A stretch of DNA of 64,000 bases from Octopus bimaculoides (lineage: Eukaryota). The notes beneath the pieces were generated by a model. It had not been told where the DNA came from. It worked only from the letters and a program-made list of their open reading frames with translations, and did no database searches. Position 1 is the first letter of the stretch. Every line of letters starts with the position of its first letter. The position numbers were made by a program, and so were the translations under genes. Below are positions 26,780 to 39,397 of this stretch, piece after piece. The stretch lies in the NCBI RefSeq assembly GCF_001194135.2, contig NC_068981.1, positions 55,895,153 to 55,959,152 on the forward strand. The letters are read 5' to 3'.

Positions 26780-26935
26780 CATTATGTTCTGAGTACAAAT
26801 TCCACCAAGGTCAATTTTGCTTTTGCGTCCTTTCAGGGTTGATAAGTACCATTTAAGCACTGGGGTCAATGTAATTAACTAACCCCCTCCTTCCGAAATT
26901 ACTAGCTTTGTGCTAAAATTAGAAAGAATTATTTA
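26780..26935 (+). mobile_element. SINE of the AAGGTCGACTTTGCC family (degenerate)
   Basis: Similar to 39398-39810. Confidence 0.6.
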
Positions 26936-28486
26936 CTGGTCTTGATTTTTGAAACGCTTTCATTTTGTTTGGCTCAGTAGATTTAAACTTTTATTATATC
27001 TCCCTTGAGCAACCCAGTCAGCAGTGAGCATTTCCTGTCTATAATAACTGCATGCTATAGAAGATAGCGAAATTTGCATACTGAGTCTTCATCATAAAAG
27101 AATTCTATTTGGCAAATTCTTGCACTTCATGTACTTTTTCCTTTTCTATTTGACTGAGTCGTTAATGTTTCTATTTAGGGTATTAATTATAGAGTAACAA
27201 GTCCTTCTACTTGATTATTTTCTATCTCGTAACTACAATAGTATTTATGTTGGTGTGGTTTGTTTAGCAGATGACATTTAGCAATGTTTTCTTCTTCAAC
27301 CTTGCTCTTTGAACCACGACCAGCTTTTGTGGCATGTGTCTAACATCTAACTCTCTATGCTGATGTACCCCAAAAACCATACTCGTTAACTAATTATCAA
27401 ACTGTTGACATTTTATGGAATTCAGCCTTGTTCAAGTCTTCTCATTTATGACCCACTCCAAGCTTGATTTCTCATTTGCTTTCAAACATTCATAATATGG
27501 CTTTTTTTCTTATGATGCAGTACAAAAAAAGACTATTTGCTGTTGTTTTTCTTTATCTTAACATAAAAATATACCACTTTGAAGCTACAGCTTAATTTTC
27601 CTTGTGTGGTTTTATTTTCATAAATATGTAGATACAAACCTGATTAGGTCATTGAACTTTTTAGGATATTTGAGGATGTTATGTTGCCTAAAATGCATTC
27701 AGTAATTGGGTGGAATTGGTCATTCCATCTATGAAAAATCTCTTTTAAATAATTTTAAAGAATATTCTTTTAAATGATATACATTGTTCAAATTGAATGT
27801 AGACCAACTGGAAATTCACATTGCGTTTCCTTTTAGTGCTTGTGGATATGTTTTGGTTTTATTTTAGATATATTGGAATAAAATGTAAAGTTTTATTCAT
27901 TTTATCATTTGATTATGCATATAAGATCTCAAAAAATGTCTATTCTATGAACTGAAAGGGATAGCTTTTCTCTTTTAAGGTTATTTGGGTCCCCTTAGTA
28001 ATCTTGCCGAAGACCTAAGTGTTTTTAGCACTGGTTTTACAAGAAAATGTACCTAGAGTGTTCTCTGAAGTGAGTGTCTAGCCATAAAGTTATGGTAAAA
28101 TGGTGCATATAAGCACCTGATTATGAGAGCAATGGCTTCCAATAAGAAATGACTTGGATATTATGATGACCCACCCAACTCATGGAGGGCATGGAGAGCG
28201 AACATAAAAAAATGATGATAATTCTTTCTTCACTGTGGTATTGGACGAGTTTAAAAAGTTTAACACCATCTAAGGTTTTATTAAGCATTACAATTTGTTT
28301 ACCTTTTTTTCTGACCTCACCCCCTCACCCCATGAGAAACACTGAATAGTTAACTAAGGATTCCATTTCAACTTACTTTTTTTTGTGCTTGTATTGATCT
28401 ATAACATAAAATTATAAGTTTATCTTTGGAAGTTCATTGACTAAACTTCGTCCTGTAATGTAGTAGAAAAAGAAATTGGAAAATTA

Positions 28487-28590
28487 GGCCCGGGTTCGAT
28501 TCCCGGCATGGGAACTTGTTTATCACGGTGGTGCACCAGCATGACCGCAGCCACTTGGCTGAAACACATAAATAAATAAATAAATAAATA
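28487..28590 (+). mobile_element. Short SINE-like element headed by the 3' half of tRNA-Glu
   Basis: GGCCCGGGTTCGATTCCCGGCATGGGAA (28487-28514) has an intact T arm and the acceptor 3' strand typical of tRNA-Glu. It is followed by the common SINE tail with stem-loop CAGCC-ACTT-GGCTG and (TAAA)n. Confidence 0.65.
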
Positions 28591-29000
28591 TATATATATG
28601 AGAGAGAGAGAAAGAGAGACACTAATCAAAATGAAAAGAATTAACTGTTTGATAATTTAGTTTATGAGTATGGTATTTTTGAAAGAAACAAAAACCTGGT
28701 TTGTTAGGTAATTTTGGTCATTATCAGTGTTACTCTAAATAGTAAAACAATGGTTTCTTGCATAAGAAGGCCATACATTTGGAGAGGAGTAGTTGATTTA
28801 AACACCTCAAGCACTTGGCTAATACTTAATTTTGTTGACTCTGGAATGATAAATGGCCTAAATGGGAGTTAAACTTAAAACTTCATAGAATGTATGTAAA
28901 TACTGCTTTTTTTCTCTCTTTTCTGATGGTGCTATTATAAAGCCTTAGTTATACATTTACCTATTTGTCTGTCTGTCTGTCTCTATATGTGTGAGTGTGA

Positions 29001-29814
29001 AAGAGAGAAGACTGTGCTGGTTTGGTTATGTGATGCATATGGATAAGGACAGCTGCGTAAAGAAGTATTGAACTGTAATTGTGGAGGGAACTTGTGGCAG
29101 GAGTAGACCCAAGAAGACATGGGATGAAGTGGTGAGAAAGGATTTTTGGACTTTGGGCCTCATTGAGGAAACGACAAGGGACTGGTAGATGTGGCAATTT
29201 GCTATACTTGATAAGAGCTGTCAAGCTAAGTAAAATCACTGTCTTCCACACATACAGGCTTATCCTTTCAGGTGCTGTGCCACATAGAAAGCCCTTGTGC
29301 TGGTGTTGCATAAATGCACTCATGCTGGTGTCACATAAATACACCCATGCTGGTGATGTGTAAATGTGCCAATGGCATGTAAAAAGAACCTGGCACACCC
29401 TGTTAAGTGGTTGGTGTTAGAAGGGCATCCAGCCACATAAAAAGCACTAGTGTGACATAAAAAGCTTTGGTGCTGGAACACTATAAAAAGCACTGGTGTT
29501 GATGTCACATAAAAAGCACTGGTAATGGTCCCACGTAAAAAGCACTGGTAATAGTCCTGTGTAAAAAGCACTGGTGATGGCCCCACACAAAAAAGCTGGT
29601 GATGGTGCCACACAAAAAAAAAACACTGGTGATAGAACCATGTAAGAAGCACCCACTATATTCTGTTAAGTGGTTGACATTAGGAAGGGCATCCAGCTGT
29701 AAGAACCAAGCCAAAGCACTATGGAACCTAGTGTGGACCCTGGTCTTCCCAACTCCTGTCAAACCATCCAACCCATGCCAGCATGGAAAATGGACGTTAA
29801 GTGATGATGATGAT
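29001..29814 (+). mobile_element. RTE LINE 3' end with repeat-expanded 3'UTR
   Basis: RERRLCWFGYVMHMDKDSCVKK...EGTCGRSRPKKTWDEVVRKD..TLGL...AILDKSCQAK, then tandem AAAAAGCACTGGT units (29440-29640) and GTTAAGTGATGATGATGAT tail. Confidence 0.88.
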
Positions 29815-30435
29815 ACACCCACATACATAGATACACACTCTGATCCAATGTCTGCATGCGTTCTCTCTTATATGTACCTTCTTGTATCTTGAGATACTCT
29901 AGCATATCATCTCCATCTTCTTTCCACCTACAACCATCTATAATGAGGGAGTGGTCTTGTATCTTCTGTGTATCAAGACATCTGTGCTTGTCCCTCTATC
30001 ATACTTTAGCCTCCCAACACCTTTCTCAAATATTCTTCCCCTACTCAGTCAAAGGGCATTTTCCTTTCTTGCTTTGCAAGTTACTTGGCGATCTCACTAG
30101 TTCTGGTGGCATGAAAAAAAGGGCACTCATTATATATTACAAAGTAGTTGACAAGCGGAAGGGCAGCCACTCAAAGAAACCATACCACAGCTAACATTGG
30201 AGCTTAACACAGTCCTGCAGCTTGTTTGATTCTGTCAATCAGTCCAACCCATGTTAGCATGGAAAACAGATGTTAAATGATCATGTATGTATGTATGTGT
30301 GTATGTATACACACATACACACACACGCACACACACACATATATGAGAGAGACAGAGACATCAGAGTCTAAATTTGAATCATCTGAGCACTACTGTCTTC
30401 TACACTGAGACTCTCTGGATCTCATCTGTCGACTA

Positions 30436-30496
<61 letters not shown>

Positions 30497-31182
30497 GATC
30501 GTTTAACGTCCACCTTTCGTGCTGNNNNNNNNNNNNNNNNNNNNNNNNNNNNNNNNNNNNNNNNNNNNNNNNNNNNNNNNNNNNNNNNNNNNNNNNNNNN
30601 NNNNNNNNNNNNNNNNNNNNNNNNNNNNNNNNNNNNNNNNNNNNNNNNNNNNNNNNNNNNNNNNNNNNNNNNNNNNNNNNNNNNNNNNNNNNNNNNNNNN
30701 NNNNNNNNNNNNNNNNNNNNNNNNNNNNNNNNNNNNNNNNNNNNNNNNNNNNNNNNNNNNNNNNNNNNNNNNNNNNNNNNNNNNNNNNNNNNNNNNNNNN
30801 NNNNNNNNNNNNNNNNNNNNNNNNNNNNNNNNNNNNNNNNNNNNNNNNNNNNNNNNNNNNNNNNNNNNNNNNNNNNNNNNNNNNNNNNNNNNNNNNNNNN
30901 NNNNNNNNNNNNNNNNNNNNNNNNNNNNNNNNNNNNNNNNNNNNNNNNNNNNNNNTATATAAAAGTAAATTTCTGTTTGATTCACCAATCATTGGGTGTG
31001 TCATTGTATAGTGTCCAAACCTACATGGAAGTAATAGTTGACAAATGTTTTCTTCCCATCTTCAATGCCTACTGTAATACATAAGTTGTATAACTAAAAA
31101 GTGTTCAAATAGTTTTCTAAAATAGATATACGATGGCATTTCAGTGCCTCAGTGAAATTTCATTGTTTCTGTGATCTTACAG

Positions 31183-31218
31183 GAATTATTATTTATAGCA
31201 ACTAAAACTGTATTTCAA
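31183..31218 (+). CDS. Candidate 36-nt coding exon of unidentified gene
   Basis: TTGTTTCTGTGATCTTACAG acceptor, CAA|GTAAGT donor; only phase 0 is open (ELLFIATKTVFQ). No homology recognised. Confidence 0.3.
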
Positions 31219-32016
31219 GTAAGTATTTATGTCACACCTTTAAGACTCCTGATCAGAAATACTAGTATTCTTCCGAAAAACTACATTATTTTAAAACTTT
31301 CTCTTTTTATTAAGTTTCCATACCCGTTTTCAACACTTAGTTTAATTGTTCTATTAAATAAATAAAAATCAAGCAACTTTTCCCAGGCATGAATTTTTTA
31401 ATAGATAAGTTCCTGTTGTAATTGTTTTTTATTGCTTTGATTCTCTGATAAATTGGATACACATGGCTTAGGTTAGATTATTTAGTGCTTCACAAAATTT
31501 TTGTATGACAAGTCTACCTTCAAACCTCTGCCATTACAATCTGGAACTATATCTTATATACTAGTATTTATATATTGGACCTGAGTTTTTAGCTATTCCT
31601 CTTAAATGCATAAATGTGTAAATTGTGCCTTTTCAGAATCTCGGTATTTTGTTTTTCCCGAGTCTGTATTTTCTTGTGGAGTGCATTAAATTCTAACCTA
31701 ATTGTAGTTTATTAGTAATTAGTTCAATCTAAGTTATTAATACATTCAACCAACATTACATTTAACACTTTCAACCAAACATGTAATTACTAGTTAGTTG
31801 TAATAATTGTGTGTTTGAGCCTGTAACTTTACTGTCTTTTTATTACTCTTTGTATACTCTAAGTCACAACCATGTAATTAATTCAGCCATGAGAAGGAAG
31901 TAGCTGGACTCTTAAACTGTTCTCTGAAAACTATACACTAAATGTTCCAAATGCAACAAAAGAGTAGATAATGCTGCATTCTGTGTAGAATTTATTTCTT
32001 GTACACCAAAACCTAA

Positions 32017-32165
32017 ATCATCATCATCATCATCATCATCGTTTAACGTCCGCTTTCCATGCTAGCATGGGTTGAACGATTTGACTGAGGACTGGTGCAA
32101 CTGGATGGCTACACCAGGCTCCAATCTAATTTGGCAGAGTTTCTACAGCTGGATGCCCTTCCTAA
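32017..32165 (-). mobile_element. Young short RTE 3'UTR copy
   Basis: (CAT)n CGTTTAACGTCCGCTTTCCATGCTAGCATGGG... on plus strand. Confidence 0.9.
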
Positions 32166-32492
32166 ATAACCTCAGTAATCTAAATGGCTGAATCAATGCA
32201 TTGAAAATTAGTGACAGGAGAATAACATTGGAAGAAGTTACCTGTCTGGAGGTGTTTCACTCTGTCTTTGAACAATAAATTTAATTTTATGTTGGCGAGT
32301 AAGAGAATAAGATTTTCAAAGGCTATTCTTTGAGGGGTATCTGCAGTGGAGTGGCACCCTCTCCTGAGAAATATTTGCTTCTCAATTACTTAACACTTGA
32401 GAAACTAAGATTAAACTTTAGCTCTATTAATCTTTATGGTTTGTAAGGAATTTTTTTTATTTACAATTCCATTAAGAGATTTTAATTCATAG

Positions 32493-32640
32493 AGAATAAG
32501 GGTTATATGAAATGTCTAATGGCAAGACTTGAAGAATTGAAAAGGAAAGCATCTGATGAAAATATATCTGATCCGTGTGTGATTTCAGAAGTTATCTCAG
32601 CTTATTCCAAATCAGACAGTGCTGTTTGCAAAATAAATTG
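32493..32640 (+). CDS. Candidate coding exon of unidentified gene
   Basis: TTAATTCATAG acceptor, TG|GTAAAT donor. The open frame ENKGYMKCLMARLEELKRKASDENISDPCVISEVISAYSKSDSAVCKIN is bounded by stops just outside both splice sites; flanks are very AT-rich. Confidence 0.4.
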
Positions 32641-33399
32641 GTAAATGGGTAAATTTAAAATGAATGAAAACTTGATAAATATATCTTATTATAATGATTA
32701 CGAAAATAGATGTAAACCAAAATAAACAAGAAATAGTTGTGTAAAGGCTAAAGTAGAATTTGGAACTGAAAGAAAATAAAATATTTTTAGCAATTTCATT
32801 TAACCCATTACTTACATGCATACATGTGCCCATGCATATATACACACATACAAACACATATATATATACATGTATGCACATCTGTCTGTCTGTACATAGT
32901 GATTCAAATGTCCCTTTAGTGTTACTACAAACTAACTAACAAGGATGGTTAGTCAAGGTTTGTCTCATCATTTTCTCTATTTCTCTCATATGCCTTTCAT
33001 TTTCTCATTATGTCCTTCACGTTTCCCTATTGTGTTCATTAATGCTCTCAGCCCTAGTCCTTTCATTGATTACCATAGCTCATAGGTTCCTGCTTTTCAT
33101 ACAGTCAGTTGTCCAAACCATCTAGGAGAGCTGAGCTTGGTATGGTTGGATAGTTGAACAGGACTACCATTATCGTACATCATTTTTAGGAAAACTGAGT
33201 ATTCACTCATCTTTTTGTGATGATATTTTTCTAAAATATATAGAGTAAAGTATATAATGGAAGATATTCACAACAAAACAACAAAGAGAATATTAAAAAA
33301 ATGTAATAAAGTAAAAATCAAATTTTACATATTTAAATGTTCAAATGACTTCTAAATCACCCAGTGTATCTGTGTATATATGAGTGTATTCTCTTATTC

Positions 33400-33755
33400 T
33401 TTTACTCGTGTCAGTCATTTTGACTGTGGCCATGCTGGAGCACCACCTTAAAGGGTTTTTTTAGTCAAAGAAATCGACCCCAGGACTTATTCTTTGTAAA
33501 CTTAGTACTTATTCTATCAGGTCTCTTTTGCCATGCCACTAAGTTATGAGGACGTAAACACATCAACATCGATTGTCAATTAATGGTGGGGGAGACGAAC
33601 ACAGATGTAAACACACACTTGTATATATACACAATGGGCCTCTTTCAGCCCGAAGCCATAGTAGAAGACACTTGCCCACAATGCCATGCAGTGAGACTGA
33701 ACTTTGAATCATGTGGTTAGGAAGCAAGCTTCTTACCACACAGCCATGCCTGCAC
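33400..33755 (-). mobile_element. Near full-length tRNA-derived SINE
   Basis: Head, microsatellite linker and tail with CAGTC-loop-GACTG stem-loop; same family as 48750-49130 and 59710-60070. Confidence 0.8.
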
Positions 33756-34129
33756 CTATATACATGTTTATTTATGTGTGTGTGTATATATATATTTGTA
33801 TATCATAATCAAGATCATTATTTTAACATCCACTTTTTCATGCTTGCAGGAGTAGGACAGAATTTGTTAAGGCAGATCTTCTATGGCTGGATGCCTTTTC
33901 TGTTGTCAATCCTCACTTGTTTCCAAATAGATAATATTTGCTTATAGCCAGCCATAATTTGCTTTTCATAGAAGATTGGAAATGAAGAACACTGCTTGAC
34001 AGCATGTGATATCAAGACATTTATGTATACTTGTATATATACATTTGTATGTGAGTGTGTGTATGTATATGTTTACTGTGTGTGATGTATGGATTTGTAT
34101 GTGAGTGTGTGTATGTATGTATGTATAGG

Positions 34130-34290
34130 CATAGGCATGGTTGTGCGGTTAAGAAGTTCGCTTCCAATGATATAGTATTGGGTTTAGTCCCTCTGCATGG
34201 TACCCCAGGCAAGTGTCTTCTACTATAGCCCTTGGCCAACCAAAGCCTTGTGAGTAGATTTGGTAGATAGAAGCTGAATGAAGCCTGTTG
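34130..34290 (+). mobile_element. tRNA-derived SINE 5' half
   Basis: GGCATGGTTGTGCGGTTAAGAAG...GGCAAGTGTCTTCTACTATAGCC. Confidence 0.8.
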
Positions 34291-34470
34291 CGCGCGTGTG
34301 TGTGTGTGTGTGAGGTTATCTAGCCAATAGGAAAATATTACCTTGCTTGGAAACAGGTGAAAATTCGCAACTGGTCACAACAAATTCCATCTGACCCATG
34401 TAGGCATGGAAAAGTTGATGGTGGTGGTGGGATGGATAGATGGATGGATGAATGAGTGTATGCATATATA

Positions 34471-34521
<51 letters not shown>

Positions 34522-34869
34522 TTATTGAGGCAAATTTCCTATGGCCAGCCTTTATCTGTTTCCAAGCAAGGTGATATTTTCCCTATGGTTAGACATGTTC
34601 TTACAGAAAATTAAAAATGAATGGCCTGGCTTGTATGACAATCACTCATTCACAACCACACACTATCAAGATAAGGAGGCGCGCGCACGCGCGCACACAC
34701 ACACACACACACATATCTACATATACAACTGACCTCCTTCAGTCTCTGTCTTCTAAATCCACTCACAAGGCTTTGGTCAGGCTAGGGCATAAATTGATGT
34801 GCAGCTGTATTGATTAACAAATGATAATGAGATCTCCATCCTGTATAGTTACAAGCCTACTCTAGGTCA

Positions 34870-35225
34870 GGCCAAGATGCCCATATCTGCTAGGTCCTTC
34901 TCACTAGTCTTCAACCAGATCTTGACAAGTCTACCGTGCCACCAATACCCACTTCCTCTGGCTTCCATCTGAGTGAGGTTGTCTCTGATCTCTTCATGGG
35001 CAGGTGTGGCACATGGCTGAGTATCTTTCACTAACTCCTGAAACCATCATAGGTTAGCCCTTTCCATAACTTCTTCATTTATGATGCTGGTACACCAAAT
35101 AATTCTTAGTATGGCCCTAAAACAATGTCTTTGGGAGACATCTGCAATTCTATTGATTTTGCTAGTATTTTCTATGTCCCACAGGCATAAGAAAGACATC
35201 TGGCAATATATCAATACTGATAGTA
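34870..35225 (-). mobile_element. Decayed LINE RT C-terminal remnant
   Basis: Minus strand DVSQRHCFRAILRIIW..IINEEVMERA...TFEKDL-like ending resembles the LDVFQQRCLRRILRI.W.D.ITNEEVLRRA consensus. Confidence 0.65.
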
Positions 35226-35987
35226 GTTAACTGTTGTACAGCTATAGGTTTGCTGTCAAAAAATTAGTATAAAACCAAGAGAGATGGAAGCAGGTTGCCT
35301 TGAACATAAATACTTTCAATTAGTGAACTAAAGGGGGAATAACTTTTCTTGTCATTAGCATATTTTCTTTTCATTTACATCTCACTTGCTTAGGTATATA
35401 GATGCATTCACACAGGCATGTATCTATCTACATAGCCACCTGGACACATTCATACATTAACACTTTCATGTTCATGGTTGCATCTGCTTGTACAGATGTG
35501 TGTGTAAGGCTTTCTCTCACCCATGCCAGCCAGCATGGCAGGTGAACGTTAAACGACGATGATGATGATATATATCATCATCCTTTAACATCTGTTTTCC
35601 ATGCTGGCATGGGTTGGACTGTTTATATCAACTCCAACCTTGACTGCCACTCAAAGATTGGAAATAGGAAACTTGGAGACGTAGTCAGTAAAGTTTTCAA
35701 TTTAAAGTAAATATGATAAAACTCTGTATGTATCATGTACTCTTTTTCTCTTGTTTGCACAATTCTTTGTGCCTTAACATACATATATGCACACACACAT
35801 ACACACACACACACACACACAGCAGAGATACTCAGCATTGGCTGGGTGGCAAATATGTAGAAACAATAGCATTTACATTGAGGATCAATGCTTGATTGTA
35901 CATGGTAAAGGTAATTCTTGCTGTACTTGATACAGTACGTCTTCTGTCATGCTATTTTAATGATTATACCAAAGTTTGATTGGATAG

Positions 35988-36040
35988 TGAACAGGCACAG
36001 AAAATGGTAGTGAAGAGGCTCTTCATATTACTTGAAGAAT
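35988..36040 (+). CDS. Candidate small exon of unidentified gene
   Basis: Strong T|GTGAGT donor, weak acceptor; reads EQAQKMVVKRLFILLEE and is phase-compatible with the 32640 donor. Confidence 0.25.
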
Positions 36041-38140
36041 GTGAGTCTGCATTTTTCCACTTTGCATAATCTTCCAAGGGATATCTTTTCTAGCAAACTT
36101 TATTGTTTGTTTTAAAGTCATATCAAGCAACAGTTTTGAGGTCCTGGAATGAGGTCGGACCATGAATATTGCAAGAGCTGTGTGAGATATAAATAGATTA
36201 TTAAAATTTTCTCACATTTTCAAAAAGTTAGTATGTGGTTACAGATAAACTAGAAGACAAAAAATAATTTCTTTTCATTGTTTCACTTTTGAATTTCTTA
36301 ATACATCTAAAACCTTCAGGTATAGTGATCTATGAACCAGACAGTTAATTTATATAATATCTGAAATATCATAAAAATTAAGTGTGATTTACAGTGCATG
36401 ATAACTGCATACTTTAGAATATAAATACATGACAGGCTTAATACAGTTTCTGATTTCTAAATTCACTCACAAAGCATTGATCAGTTGGGGTTATAGCAAA
36501 AGGCACATGCTCATGGTGCCATACTATGAGACTGAATATACATGGCTGCAAAGGTTACTATAAAGCATAGTTGTCAGTGGCTAGCAAGTATAACTTGGCT
36601 GCTTGGTAGTTGTTTTAGGTGCCCTGTAGTTGCAAGCAGACATAAACACCCTTTCAGACCACCCAACTATGACCCAGACAGCTGGAAGGAAAAAAGGTCT
36701 TTCTAATAAGTTGACTGGTACTCATTTTTGCCTGAATAGACTGGAGCTGTATCAAATTATGAGCCTTGCTCAAGGACTCAATATACTACCCATTCCAGGA
36801 ATCATATCATATGATCATGGGCCAAGCACCCTAACCTTTTGGCAACATGCTTACACACACACACACACACGCTTATTTGTATGTGTGTGTGTATAAACAA
36901 TTATGGTATTTAAAGTTTTTGTTTCAGTTCTTATTTTATTTTTTGCTAATTGTGTAATTACACCAATTCATCATTTGGATATTAGTCTTTTAATTTTACT
37001 TGTTTCAAGAATCTAGATCATGTGTGAGTATATCTTGTCGCAAAATAGTTTTCTTTGATCTCTTTTGTACATGGGTCTGTCATTGGTGACAGTGACTTTC
37101 CTTACACATAACATTTAGTTTAATATATCAAAATAACATTTCCTTTATTTCATAGGATCTAGAGCAACTTGCTCTAAATGTCAATCCCTCTGAAATAAAT
37201 ACACACACAAACAAAAAGAAACCTATAGATGATCCTTTTAATGAATTTTGCCATTCTTTGTTTTTGCTTCTGCTTTCTGACAACCCATTTAATTTGCTTC
37301 CATAATTGCTAACCAGTCAGTCAGGCAGTCAACCAGTCTATAAACCACATAGCCTGCTGCTGTACTGTATGTAGCACAAAAGCTATTCTTTCGGATCAGT
37401 AGAGATAGATGACTGAACAATGCTTACAGCTATTCATTAGTGGCTTAGCTTCCAAATATTTCGTGTGATCAATCGACTTGTTCCTCCATGTATTTTCTGA
37501 AACAATATCTAAGATATTTTTTCTTGCTCATTGGTTAGATAATTGTGTGCATTGAGGGAAAGAGAAGTTAACGAAAGATATTCTTTTTGTCTTTTGTAAT
37601 TTTTTTTTTTTTTGCATATCTCTCTCCTTTTTATTAGATACAACAAATAATTTAATACAACCAGCAAGGAGTAATCCTATGACCTGTGACAAGACTTCAT
37701 TGGAAGTGTGTGTGTGTGTGTGTGTGTGTAAAGATAGACAAAGCCTCCAGTTTTTGAGTAACTTGCAATATTTAGTTTTATCCTTTGCATTCTGAGTGCC
37801 AATCCTTATGGAGGGCAATTTTTTTTTCTTTCATCTTTCCAGACTCTATAAACCGAACACCAGTCATTTACTGAGATCAATTCAATTGATCATATCTCTT
37901 CTGCAAATTTATGGCCTTCTGTTAGTGTATTTGTTCATTGCCAAAGTTCATTTCCATTATTTTGAAGCAGAATTGACAGACTGTAATACTTTGTTTTCTT
38001 TGTAGACATCTAATTTTGACAATATTTTACATTGTAATTATAATAGTTATTGGCTATAATATTTAAGATAATATTGATGTACTGATAGAATGTCAGACTA
38101 TACTTTAATAAAGCAGATTTCTAAACTTGACATTTTGCAG

Positions 38141-38200
38141 TTTGGAGCTGTATCTTATCAAGGTTCACTTAACTTTACATATAACCAAGTGGTTGACAAA
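38141..38200 (+). CDS. Candidate 60-nt exon of unidentified gene
   Basis: CTAAAC branch-like motif, CATTTTGCAG acceptor, AAA|GTAAGT donor. Two frames are open (FGAVSYQGSLNFTYNQVVDK or LELYLIKVHLTLHITKWLT); the next acceptor at 38327 continues either frame to a stop. Confidence 0.35.
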
Positions 38201-39397
38201 GTAAGTACCAGAATGGGGAACAGGAGGTTAATTTTATTAAGTAAAAAAAATGAAACTCTCATCTTTGATGATAAAGCATTGAAAGTCAAAACTTCCAAGC
38301 GTTTGTAATGATTATTAACTGTTTTAGGGATTACTTAAAGGAATTGGCTTCATTGAAATGTTCATTCTGAAACCACTAATACTGAGGCTTACTATTAGAA
38401 TTTATCATTTTAAAATTCACTCATCATGATTATTTTTATGCCTGTATTTTCTCTGCTGATATGGGTTGGACAAGTCTTTTTCAGGCAGTATTCTATGACT
38501 AAATGTAATTCTCGATATCTGTCCTTATTTCCAGGTAAGGTACTATATTACAACAATCTTATTACTATGCTCTTTTACTGGTCTAATTGTTTATGACCTA
38601 TAGCTCAGCAATTTGACCCCTGCCACCCAAACAATGTCAGTATGAAGACATCGATCATAACTGGAAACATACCCACCCATCCATGTGTAGGTGTGTGCAT
38701 ATGGGTGTACATATATGATGAACTTTTGTACTGTGTCTGTTTATCAAATTTCATTCACAAGACATTGATCAACCTGAGGTTAAGGAAGAAACCACTTGCC
38801 TGTAGTGGCATGCAGTGAGATCAAACTCAGAATCATTTAGTTGTGAAATGAATTTCTTAATCACACAACCTATGCCTATATATGATATATACAAAAGAAA
38901 TGATAATAGTTATAACAAAAGGAAATTGTAAAACTGAAGATTTAAAGAAGTGGAAGATGTTAGTGATGGATGTTTCTTGGCTTGAAGTCATTATGTGTTG
39001 GTTTTATATGTAGTGTAAATATTAGGTAGAAAGATATTGAGATGATGTTAAGTTATTCATTGTTGAAACAAAGTACAGGAAACTCTTTGGAAGAAATATT
39101 TGGATCAAACTTGAATTTATTTGGTAAATTGATAACAATCAGTCACACAAGAGAGTGTGTCTACTGCACTATTTCTTCTGCTATAATTAGAATGGTCTCT
39201 GCTCTTCTGAACTAGCAAACTGTAAACCAGACTTGTTGAAACCTTCTTTATTCATTCATATCTATTTCATCATCCCAACTACCTTATCATACTAAGCATT
39301 TTTTCCAAATCTTTCCTGTTCAGAACTTCAACCAATTAGAATTCTTACTCTTTTTTTGTGTTGATTTTTTTTTTATCATCATCATCATTATTATTAT

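Noticed and set aside
27980-28069. 90-nt exon with strong acceptor and GTGAGT donor (also 26609-26664)
   Set aside because: Stops in all three frames; it cannot be a coding exon and there is no evidence for a non-coding one.
28487-28514. tRNA gene or LTR primer-binding site
   Set aside because: Only the 3' half is present (no D arm or anticodon), there is no CCA, and no adjacent LTR.
37140-37310. Acceptor plus DLEQLALNVNPSE reading frame
   Set aside because: It lies in what appears to be a dispersed DNA-transposon-like repeat and has no donor.
38090-38308. 72-aa single-exon ORF
   Set aside because: It spans strong internal splice sites and AT-rich intron-like flanks; only the 60-nt core is retained as a weak exon candidate.
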